A stretch of 64,000 nucleotides of DNA from positions 8,735,150 to 8,799,149 of the forward strand of contig OZ037772.1 of assembly GCA_964035545.1 (NCBI GenBank), in the 5' to 3' direction. The stretch's first letter is position 1. Each line of letters starts with the position of its first letter. The translations under genes and the position numbers were made by a program. Below the pieces are notes generated by a model, which was given only the letters and a program-made list of their open reading frames with translations, made no database searches and was not told where the DNA came from. Positions 42,301 through 64,000 of this stretch are shown here, piece after piece. This DNA is from Bugula neritina (Eukaryota; Animalia; Bryozoa).

Positions 42301-43238
42301 AGGTTTTTTTGATTTTTTTATTTAACTTAGTAAACATTTATATTACATTGGTCATCCGCAGCAATATTTATTGTCACTCTTTTGATTAAAACACCAAATA
42401 GTCAGTTCAACTTCACCTGCGTATTTTGAGGTCAACTCGATTTAGCTATTGTTTCTTGCTGTCGTATAGCTGTTCCACTTTCTTCCTTTACAGACTGGCC
42501 AGACTACGAGTCCGAGAGTGACACTTCCCAGGTCGAGGCTATCATTAACCAATCATCTCCGGCCACACCCTCTGACGAGTCTCTCACTATGGATACGTCG
42601 ATAGAATCAGCGTATGAGCATCAGCCTAGCTCCACGCAATTTGTAGACTTGAGTCAGGATTTTATTGAAGGAGGTGAAAGGTGTGTTTCACTTCTCATTT
42701 GATGTCAATTCTGTCGCCTTCTTAGAATTTATACCTCTGGCATTATTTGTTTCCAAGATATAAAAATATCCATAAAATTTACACTTTCACACTTTTTATA
42801 TCTTGCTAACATGTAGACACATTCTTAGAATTTACACTCTGAAATTTTTCATTAGTTGCCAGGATACACTGTTTATCTGTTGCTAGGCCACACTGTTTAT
42901 CGGTTGCCAGGATACACTGTTTATTTGTCACTAGGATACACTGTTTATCTGTTACTAGGATGCATTGTTTACCTGTTGCTAGGATACACTGTTTATCTGT
43001 TGCTAGGACCCACTATTTATTTGTCGCTAGGATACACTGTTTATCTGTTGCTAGGACCCACTATTTATTTGTCGCTAGGATACACTGTTTATCTGTTGCT
43101 AGGATACCGGGTGTGACTGCGCAAAGAATCATGACTCTCCTGTCAGAGATTGGTCACGTGAATAAGATCGACAGAGGCACTGACATCTCACACATCCTAC
43201 ATTGCTCTCACTGCAGTGGTCCTGTTGTCACAATGTAG
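29276..43238 (+). CDS. GOLGA2: Golgin subfamily A member 2 (GM130), 992 aa, 21 exons
   Basis: Exons 29276-29326, 30158-30240, 30791-30933, 31738-31889, 32343-32463, 32675-32749, 33035-33200, 33900-34143, 34385-34480, 34789-34888, 35295-35508, 35724-35903, 36448-36591, 37189-37291, 37956-38055, 38670-38803, 38915-39109, 41000-41169, 41740-41924, 42494-42680, 43103-43238 (2979 nt, phases consistent). Motifs SKLASARKKLKKF, ESLLQLSDQLNGLL, HIQTIGILVEEK, ALSRALSQNKQLKTQLEEL, SLQSEQH, QLEAESETINEYIALYHQQR, TAQRIMTLLSEI, CSHCSGPVVTM*. Confidence 0.93.
31885..32086 (+). repeat. 21-bp minisatellite (x10) made of the GOLGA2 exon 4 donor junction
   Basis: Unit tacag|gtgagaatactgtagg; the first copy is the modelled donor at 31889/31890. 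Confidence 0.92.
32501..32682 (+). repeat. 23-bp minisatellite (x8) made of the GOLGA2 exon 6 acceptor junction
   Basis: Unit ccctgtattacag|gtatattatt; AGs from 32512-32513 to 32673-32674 span 7x23 bp; the last copy is the modelled acceptor. Confidence 0.92.
32771..32881 (+). repeat. 15-bp minisatellite (about x7.5) containing CAG/GTG in GOLGA2 intron 6
   Basis: Unit caggtgtcattgtga and variants, starting 21 nt after the donor. Confidence 0.88.
34154..34335 (+). repeat. 19-bp minisatellite (about x9) containing GTAAGT in GOLGA2 intron 8
   Basis: Unit acaggtagtgtaagtatgt and variants, starting about 10 nt after the donor. Confidence 0.9.
35913..36378. repeat. (GTA)n/(GCA)n degenerate trinucleotide repeat in GOLGA2 intron 12
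   Basis: Direct reading; source of the poly-V and poly-L ORFs. Confidence 0.96.
39150..40997. repeat. About 1.85-kb complex TATAC/TAC/TC satellite filling GOLGA2 intron 17
   Basis: Direct reading; source of the 506-610 aa YYILLY ORFs; ends tactactag|GAC at the acceptor. Confidence 0.97.
41691..41744 (+). repeat. 20-bp tandem duplication of the GOLGA2 exon 19 acceptor junction
   Basis: gtgcttcgggtatatttccc gtacttcaggtatatttccc gtacttcag|gtacat. Confidence 0.88.
42855..43107 (+). repeat. 24-bp minisatellite (x11) made of the GOLGA2 exon 21 acceptor junction
   Basis: Unit actgtttatctgttgctag|gatac; AGs from 42861-42862 to 43101-43102 span 10x24 bp. Confidence 0.93.
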
Positions 43239-45232
43239 ACGTGTTGGTGAGTTGGTTTGTTTGTTTCCATGGTAACAGAACATTGGTCACCATTGGTTAG
43301 CATTTTATAATGGAGCTTTCTAGAAATACAGGATAAAGTTCTCGAAAATAGATTTTGAAGTTCTAAAAGGTTTGTGCTAAGCAATATGGAAATACTGTGT
43401 CTGTTTGTATATTTATATGTTGGTGAATATTTGTAGGTGAAACTGTGTAAAGAAAAAATAATTTATTCAACATACTATTGGCTGAACTTTCAAGATTCAA
43501 CCAGTTGGAGTCTTCATTACATTCACGGCTATAGGACACCTTGATATTTCTATTGTTATTCTAACTCCTGTAGTGTTATTTATTTGCTCATATTAAATTT
43601 TATCAACTACAAGGAAGTGTTATTTATTTCTCTAATATATTGCACTGAGTTGTGAAACATAATACATTATTCTTTTGCTGCAAGTACCTTCTATATGATG
43701 TAATAATTTAATACATGTGTTATTCTATTATTTCTGTTTTCAATTGAAATTGCTGCTGGTGAATACATGTGAGCAGTATTTCTTAAATATATCTATGCAA
43801 CCAACTTAATGCCTGGAATTTTCATCTCCTTCACATGAACTTGCGCCTTTCAATGTTGGCACCAATAAATTTTCAACACTTGAATATATCTCACTAATTT
43901 TTTCTGAAAATTCTGATACTTGGGCTGTTTGGTGCATTCATTAAGTTTGCCTCAAATAAGGCTGACATCTTGGTTTAAGGGCTTATGAATGATGTATAGG
44001 CTATTTTGACAGCTTTATCTGTTTAGCATCAGCATCGACCTCCATTTCTTAATTTTCAATTATTACTGAACAGCTGCTTTCCTGTCCCCCTCATCATGTA
44101 GAGAAACAGCAAAACTTCAAGATGAATGCACAAAATTGATTTTATCTCACAACCAACAGGCCACCTTGGAGTTGTGTTTAACTGATAGCCAAGATATATG
44201 TGCGCCATTTAAAGCTGCATATATATAGAGTTGGATATTCTTTAACAAGATAGCTATAGCATCAACAACAAAACACCTGTTCTTCCATGCAATATGAGCT
44301 TATGAAATCTTAGCCGTGTCGTCTCAAAAGGTAAACCTGTAAATATGCTAAATAGTGACCTTACACTGCGCATATTTATTTTGATTTGTCTTTTCAACAT
44401 TTGGCAAAATCATGACAGCTGCATTTGTTGTAAAATCAAAAATTTAAATTTATTCCTTATGGTGTAAGGAGCACAGCTATAAGTCAAGTGAATTTGGTTC
44501 CAGTTATTAATGTAAAATAGTGTAGTGTAGGTGTGGCCTGTGTGATGATATATATGATATTTTAACAGATATAAAACAAGGTATGCATTCAATAGCAAAA
44601 TAATGTGCATATAAATTGAGCAATTGAGAGTGTATTGAGAGAATTATATGCATCAGAACACACTTCAAACAAGATCTGAGGGAGAGCATAAACTTGTTAG
44701 GCTGCACTGCCCGGGTTTCAAAACTGCGGAACAACACCAGGCAAGTATCCTAACCAAGAGGTTTTAAAGATTAAAATAGGAGCTGGAGTCAGCTAACCAG
44801 CTGGCAGCCAAGCCTATTGCAGAGGAAAGCAGCTTAGTAGACAAAACACCAAGCTGTACAAAAGGCTCTGATAGACTATTACCAGGTTAGCTGCTCAATT
44901 ATAACTTAAAAATTACAATTATAAATGTAACGCAGTACTGCATGTTGCGCAGCATTTATATATCAAACTTGCGCTAAATAGGCTAATAATTTTTATGCAT
45001 ATTATGAAGCTGCTCAGGTAATGCAGTGAGTTTAACATTGACAAGGAAGCAACATTTAGGTAATCACTTTGCTAAGCTTTCTACTAGCCAATGAAACTTT
45101 TTAGCCTGCTAGGCATATTTGTTTTGGTATAGCTAGAGATTTCATTCCAGCACTGAATCAATCAGTAAAAGCCTATATAGCTTACCTGTACTGAAGAGGT
45201 TGTTAATAACAAAAGTTCTCAAATTATGAGTA

Positions 45233-45377
<145 letters not shown>

Positions 45378-45503
45378 ACGCTACTAACAATTTTGGTTCT
45401 ATAGCGCACTTAATTTTGGTTGTATTTAAATATGGGTACTATTTCCTGAATGTTAACAATGAGGTGTTTGCTACCCAGATTTAGTACAGGTTGAGCTATA
45501 TAA

Positions 45504-45818
45504 CTCTAAACACACTTTGCCGTAATGTAGGCCATAACAGCAAAAACACAATGTCACTGCTGTTACACTTGGGTCACAAGCTGAACAAAACGTATGACGC
45601 TGGATTGTAACCAATCATAATTAAGGTAATTCATTTCTGCTGTGACTTATATGTTTTTGGATATTATTCTCAAAATTGTCGCCATGCTCTTCTCTTCTTT
45701 TTCTAATCAAGCAGTGTTTGATCATCGCCATAGTGTAGGCCTATACAGCCCAGATGTTTTTAAAAATGGCGGCCATTTTACGTTAAGGCCTGCAGTACGG
45801 CAAAGTGTGTCTAGGGGG
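45504..45818. mobile_element. Internally deleted copy of the Harbinger-type MITE family
   Basis: TIRs ctctaaacacactttgccgtaatgtaggcc / ggcctgcagtacggcaaagtgtgtctaggggg; interior shares aacagcaaaaa, ccaatcataat and aatcaagcagtgtttgatc with the other copies. Confidence 0.75.
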
Positions 45819-46956
45819 CAAGCATGAAATGTTTGTGAGGAAGTGTAAAACCTTCCAGCTTCCCTAAAGATAAAATGGTTGTCGGCTTTGAAATTTGAGA
45901 AGGAAAGAAAGCACTGCGCACTCATTTTATGCTATTCTTCAAAATTTCAGAAACTATAATAAGATGCATTACTTCTGCTCTAAATAATGTTTGTAACAAG
46001 ACACTTCTTACTTACATGGAATTTTAGCATTGTAATGTATTTATAAGCTTTGATTCAGTTTTCTAAAGCTATAGAATGACTCTGCATTTTAACCCTCGGT
46101 ATATATCTACAACTAGTATTGTATTGTGTAATCTATTTCAATGACGAACAAGAGAACAAAGGCTCTATACTGTCTGTTTAAAGAGTGAACTTTGCACACG
46201 CAGACACACATGCTGTTTTTGCTGTAGGTAATCTTAAGGCTTCTTGATTAAAATATGTTTCATGATCAAGCTTCACTCACTTTATCCTGTGTCATTTATT
46301 AGAAAGCAGCATATCCTGATAGTTATTTGGCATACTTAATACAGCATAATAATATAGTCCATGGTTTTAATTTATTAATTGATGATGCATGCCAATGCAT
46401 GTAATAACAACAACCATTAAATCATGTACAGCATCTAACGCAATACAAACATTATAGCTGAATTATTATAACTGCAAACAACCTTTTCATTGTTGATTAT
46501 AAGTTCAGCCAAAGTCATTATCTAACAAACAAAAGGCATTTTTTTCAGTTTGTAACACTGTGGGTGATCAATATTAAAAGTATAGGCCTACAATAAGACT
46601 AATAAAAATGTATTATACCATAATGTGTAATGGGGAGGGGAGGGTTCGCTAAGAATGGATGTTCAGCTCAATTTTTGCTTGTAATCCTTCTTTTTTAAAA
46701 TGTTGAAAAATATTGTATTTGGTTTATTTGAACTTCATACTAAAGCTATTTTTGGTATTTCATGAACAGTTTCTTTTTCACCAATAAATTTTAACTAATC
46801 CCTAAGCAATCGATGTGCATCACTTATATTGCATTAGTAAGCCTGACCTGTTTCGATATAAACTGCTGCTATATATATGATCAGTTAAACTTGTCCATTT
46901 CTACAACATTTCTCTGATGAAAAAGTGCACAAAGTTCCAAGTATCAATGATATGTT

Positions 46957-47740
46957 GTAGGGGAGGGTGGGGCTAGTCGAACCAAAAGCTGCGTTTTGAG
47001 CATAAGTTTCGAAGAGGTTTGGGGGGGGTGTTTGACGGCTCTCAACAATGCCAGATGATTTATGCCACCGCCTTATGCTTTACCGTATTCGTTGCTGTCA
47101 TTAAGCTTTCCTTATCTGCATGTTCCTCTGTTTGTCTTCCGTAGTATGTATAATTTTTCATCATTTTGAAAACATAGTTTAGTTACACAGTTGACCTACA
47201 TTCTGATTTGTTCTAGTTCCAACTGTATGTTTGGATTTATATATTGATGACAAAAAAGCTTTCTAATTAAAAGAAATATAAACTTAAATGTAAAAATTAG
47301 TGTGCCCAATTATAGTTAATTTAGTGAAAATAATTAGTGGGGCAAGTTGTACCTGGTTTAACTTGCTCCACTTCCTATGTGGTTCAATTAGCCCCACCTG
47401 TCATGCTACCAACTATTGTCAATATCTGCTGGGGCTACGATATCTCTGCAACTTTAGGTTATTCTAAATAATACATGCCTGAATTCACTTGACTAGACTA
47501 TTAAAATTTGAAAAGTTATGCAACTTTTTATGGAAAAGTGAATTTTTAGTTTGCTCATTTTTCTTGCAAAAAATGTGAAAAATATTAGCTCACATGAAAA
47601 TTTATGCTTTGGTTTAGGATATTTCTATATGTTTAGTAGTTCACCTAAAAACTTCCTAAGTAAAGGAAATAAAATGGTGTAATGATTTAAAGGAGAAAAC
47701 TTATATAGCATGTGGTTCAACTATCCCTATATATCTGTAC
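46957..47740 (-). mobile_element. Deleted pogo/Tigger-like DNA transposon remnant
   Basis: Imperfect inverted ends ggggctagtcgaacca / tggttcaactatccc, plus internal copies of the motif at 47337-47400. Minus strand about 47160-47065 reads MKNYTYYGRQTEEHADKESLMTATNTVK, loosely like the psq-HTH start of pogo transposases. Confidence 0.35.
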
Positions 47741-48251
47741 ATCATTTTATACACTGCTAACTTTGTACCACTGCGCATTGCCCAACAAGTGTCCACATTA
47801 TTGTACAGCAGTTAAAAGCTTGAAGCGACCTTTCTTTAAGAATAAAGCAGCATATAAAGCTGCATGCTAAGAAGTTTGTAAAAATAATTTTCCTGCAGCA
47901 ACTTTTTACTTTTGACCCTTATCTGTACATGCTCGGGTCGATGATTTCAATATATAAGTAAATTTGTATACGAACCATGACTTATATGTTATTATAAGCA
48001 ATAATTTTAGTTGAACAAGTTTTGTTTTGTGGCTAGGGCAAATTTATTACAATAGAAAATCTAATCTGGAATTATGGAAATGAATTAATCAATAAGTTTT
48101 ATCCTAGAAATTAATCAGTGGTCAAAGTTAAGGGCTGTGCACCAGGTATATGTCATACCCGAACAACAACATTCTATGATATTCAGAATTAGCTTATGTA
48201 AAATTGATGATTAAACAGTAAATATGGGCTGACAAAAAACTGGTAGTATAT

Positions 48252-48295
48252 TATAAAGCTTTATGAGAGGGCATGCCCTCTCATAAAGCTTTATA
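48252..48295. repeat. 44-bp perfect palindrome
   Basis: tataaagctttatgagagggca|tgccctctcataaagctttata, 22/22 pairs. Confidence 0.95.
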
Positions 48296-49428
48296 TATAC
48301 TACCAGTAACTTATAATAGCCAGTGTCATTACAGTTACCTGAATAGTTTGGCAAATGAGCAGCTGGACTCAAATTATTTTCTGGTGCCAATAGAATAATA
48401 GTCATTTTTTGTACAAGCTCCGACAATAACCTGATTCATGCTTGCATTATGCATACCGATAAAACACACAATTGAAGATATTTATGTTTTATCTATAGTA
48501 GTTTTACTGGTTTGCTAAGCGACACAGCAAGCTTATTTAGATGACTGAACTTTACCATGATGCCTTTATGAGTGTAGTTAGATTGGACAAGTGAAAGTTG
48601 GTATTAATATATAGTTTATTGTAGCTACTAAATTTACAGATCACTAGCACTTTAACACCATGAAGTCTGTAATATTACAGTAAAATTAAGGTAAGCATTA
48701 GAATTTGAATACAGTATGGTTGAGTAATTTGTATAATATAATATAAAACATAATGTATTTAATATAATATAATGCAATATAATATGAAAAATGACAAAGA
48801 CAAAGTGTATTAAAATTATAGCTATTAACTCAGCTTATAAGATAATTGCAGTTAATTACTGAACAAATCACAAGAGATTACAAAAAATTTACAGGGAAAT
48901 ACAAAAGAGTATAGCAAACCCTTATTGTTCTCCTTTAGCTTGTCTTAGACTGGCTTCTGATTGGTGAATAAAGTATAACAATATAGCTATAAAACACATG
49001 CATGAAGATCATGCAAGCACATCATATTTTAATGGCTAAAAATACTCTACTGACCAGGAATCAGGGACACAGTTGAATAATACAGAATAATGTGCACTGT
49101 TCCCATTGGCCACCTAAACTGCCCCATTGACCCCATTGGCCCCAACAGGTTGCCAGCTTGCACAAACAAATTGCAATTGCTTTGAGTAACTAAATTAGGA
49201 GTGTAATAGGAAAAATGTGAACATGAGCTGTAAAGTAACTACTAAACTGTTACATTTCATATTAAGAAGTTAAGCTCAATTTAACAGTCCTAATTTCTTT
49301 CTTATAGTTCATTTTGTTTTAAAATGTAATTAAATTTGCAGCTTGAACTAAGAAACCAAAGAAAATAGATTGGGCATAAGGGTATACTTCACCATTTTTC
49401 CCTGACAGAGTTAAAAACCTGAAGCCTC

Positions 49429-60154
<10,726 letters not shown>

Positions 60155-61498
60155 GTAAGCAGTTAAAAATTATTCTATTGCTCACCTATATAATACATAA
60201 TTCATGATATATAACATATTTAATATTTCATATATAATATATAATCTCTTAAATAAAATTATGATATATCTAATCTGTAATTTACGAACTATTTTTTGTT
60301 GTTGCCATTACTTCATAATACGTAAAATACTAGTCACACTTCATGTTTGTTTGTTTATGAAATTATAAATATTATATTATTTATATTTTGTTGATTATGA
60401 TTTATGATTATCATCATTTTTATGGTGACCTAATTAACACAATCAATTTATGCAACGTAATTTTTAAGATCTTTTACTCAAACTATGCACTATTAAGGTC
60501 TATAGTTGTATATAATATACAATTATATTAGCATAAGGAAATCAAATAGTTTTTCTCAGCTCAAAAAAATGTCAACAATAGTAAACACAACTATTTTTTT
60601 AAATTGTTGTCTGCAATTTTCACAGACCGAGTAGTTAAAATAACACTCTAGTTTTTATCATTGGAATTATAAAAATTATATAATGCTCTATATATAGAGT
60701 CGTAACTTGTAAGTCAATTGCTTATTAATCTCCACCAAATTTTTTGTAAACAATAGACAATAAACTTCAATTTTTTGCTGCCAGTATTCAAGTTTATTAT
60801 AGAAATTATATTTATGCGGTGCTGATAGAGCACTCGACACTTTCTAATTCTAAATCTGAGATAGCATTCAATACACTTTTGATATAACAAAAACTTGTCA
60901 CGTTTTTTGCATGCATGTATTTAGTTTTGTTATATGAATTGTTGTTTTAAAACAAACATATAGAGATTATATGCTCACTACTAAAGAACATTTTATTACC
61001 TTACTTGAATTACTTATGAGTTATCTATTTTTAAAGATTAAACTCATTTTAATAGTGCTTTTAAACTTTTGTTTGTCTCTTATTCAACAGTATAGCTAAT
61101 TGTTGAAAATCTTTCGCTTGACAAGCAGATGTTACGAAAATTCCATAATTATACGGTTGAAAAAAATTAATAATATTGGCTGTAATGTTGTAGTAATTAG
61201 TGAATTGCAGAACAAGAAACTTGTTTTGTCATCTGTGCTGTTATTTTACCCCTGTTGCAAGAGTCGTGTCAGGTCAGCAACAGGATATATGATTTGCTAT
61301 GTTTATGTACACTTATGAAGTTCAATAATAAATCAGTCTAGATCTATGTGACAAACTACAGACATTCCCTTGCTGCTCCTATCATATAATACACTAACAA
61401 TTAATTTAATAATATTGGCCACCTGCAGTATTGGTATAACTACCAAAAACTGTTTGCTTATATTTATTGTTGCTTATTTTAAATTTTTGCTGTTACTA

Positions 61499-62243
<745 letters not shown>

Positions 62244-63625
62244 TCTCTCTCTCTCTCTCTCTTTGCTAGCCCTCTAAGTAGAGTATGATGTCTGCCTACA
62301 GCTGTTTGTGAGTAGCTTGATGACTTCTGAGTCCTATCAGTAATCTGCATATGTGGTCACAGCGGAAGCATTTGAGGTCATCACTCGGTGTGTCTGTTGA
62401 GCTAAGCCTTCTTGCGGCCAGCTCTAAGTTCGTCTCTGTGTCGCATTCTTTCTTCTGCAAAAATTTGTATGCCTTTATGAACCATAGATCTCTATCTGGT
62501 CCTCTTTGCGGCATTCCATTCCCAGGTCTCTGCTCTGATGTGAGAGCGCTTCATACTGTTTTTGAGACAGTCTTTAAAGTGCTTCCTCTCTCTTCCTTGC
62601 AATCTTTTACCTATTTGTAGCTCCCCGTAAAGCATCTGTTGAGGAAGTCTGTGTCCTTTCATTCTCACTACATGTCTCGACCAACAAAGTCTGTTCTTGA
62701 TGATGAGGCTTTCAAGGCTTGGAATCTTTGTTTGTTTGTATACGCTGTTATTAGTGCGCTTGTCAGTCCATTTGATGTTCAGTATTCCTCGCACTTTCCT
62801 CATGTGATAATTTTCTAGCTTCTTTATGTCAGTACTGTAGGTAGCCCATGTCTCAAATGCATACAGAAGTGTTGGTATGATGACAGCCTTGTACACTTTC
62901 AGCTTTGTGCTTACCTGCAGGTTAGAGTTGTCAAAGACTCTCTGCCTCAGCTTGCTGTAAGTAATACTAGCAAGTTGAAGGCGTCTGTTTATCTCTCTCC
63001 CCAGATCCGCCTTTGATGACAGGTTGCTTCCTAAGTACACAAAATCGTCAACAGGGTACAATGTTTCAACCCCAGCAACAATAGTGGGAGGGTCAACATT
63101 TTTTCCTGGTTTTGGTTAGCAGATAACTTGTGTCTTCTTTGCATTTAGCTTCAGTTCGAGAGAGTTGTAAGCCTTTTTGAATGCAGTCATGGCAGCTTAA
63201 AGATGTTCTTCAGAATCCGCCACTAGAGCATTGTCATCAGCATACTGCAACTCAAAGACTGATGTCTCTGATGTTAGTGTCTTGGTGCGCAGTCTTTGCA
63301 GATTAAACAGGTCCCCGATACAATAGTTTAGTCTGATGCCTGTAAAAAGTTCTTGTTTCACAAGGTACAGCACAACAAACAAGTAGATAGAGAACAGCTA
63401 TAACACAGCCCTGTTTTACACAGGTTTGCACCCTGAAAAATTCTGATTTTTGGCCATCGACTAGGACAGATGCTTCCATCTAATCATGGAGGAGACGGAC
63501 CATTGTCACAAACTTTAGGGGACATCCAATCTTTCCAAGTACGGTCCAGAGGGATGTTCTGTCCACAGTATCAAAAGCTTTTGTCAGATCGATGAAGGCC
63601 ATGTACAGGTTTTGCACAGGATAGT
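62244..63625 (-). mobile_element. 5'-truncated, frameshifted RTE-clade LINE
   Basis: YMAFIDLTKAFDTVDR..GCPLKFVTMVRLLHD; ELQYADDNALVA; FVYLGSNLS..EINRRL..TKLKVYKAVIIPTLLYAFETW..RLPQQMLYGEL..GKR; C-terminal CFRCDHICRLLIGLRSH; short 3' UTR and (GA)n tail at about 62245-62262. Confidence 0.9.
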
Positions 63626-64000
63626 TAAGGGCATCCTCACTAAGAATATCATAAATTTCTCTCAAAATGTAGTTTAGGTTCTTGAATAATATGGCTTTGT
63701 GGTGGCATGCGTGTTGCCTACTTGCAATTGTTTAGCCTAAGATCAAACTACAACCAATAAGCAGCAACTTTCATTAGGGCTGCGTAATCTATCAACATTC
63801 CATTATGGGTGCTACATAAACAAAGTACAAAGCAAGCTATTCATTATAGCCTGCCAGCTAGCAAGCCTGTAATTAGTATGTACGCGCCAATATCTTCTCA
63901 TCCCTACGTGCTCATTGAAGCGTGAAGTAGTGCGCGCTGCTAATTTTCTATGAAAAAGTATAGCATTTTCAGTGTATAAATCACCAATTTATGGGCAATC

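Noticed and set aside
31885-43107. CRISPR-like arrays
   Set aside because: Units are head-to-tail with no unique spacers, in a eukaryotic intron context with no cas genes.

Overview
AT-rich, intron-rich animal genomic DNA (invertebrate, probably a lophotrochozoan; the species cannot be fixed from sequence). Hand-spliced gene models, with phases checked at every junction: 3' end of a single-pass membrane protein (+, 1-1270); a secreted PAN/apple + F-type lectin (-, 2782-5107); a type II membrane protein with a short-chain-collagen C4/NC1-like domain but no Gly-X-Y repeats (+, 13470-18786); an orphan 126-aa secreted protein largely missed by the ORF track (+, 22164-24006); zinc transporter ZIP7/SLC39A7 (-, 24652-29067), head-to-head with a 21-exon GM130/GOLGA2 (+, 29276-43238); and the start of an acidic S/P/T-rich gene built from duplicated phase-1 microexons (+, 49429 to at least 60154). 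Mobile DNA: a tRNA-headed SINE family (8 copies), a PIF/Harbinger-type MITE family, a decayed Gypsy element, a Penelope-like RT fragment, an RTE LINE, and many (TA)n/(CA)n tracts that generate most long ORFs in the track. Most notable observations: (1) GOLGA2 introns carry tandem arrays built from copies of their own splice junctions, one giving 11 in-frame, stop-free 3' splice sites; (2) a 330-bp TRIM-like element whose 105-bp TG..CA terminal repeats contain a tRNA-type Pol III promoter, plus a solo copy with a near-perfect TSD; (3) two intact minimal type I hammerhead ribozymes next to (TA)n, one intronic and abutting a 222-bp perfect palindrome.
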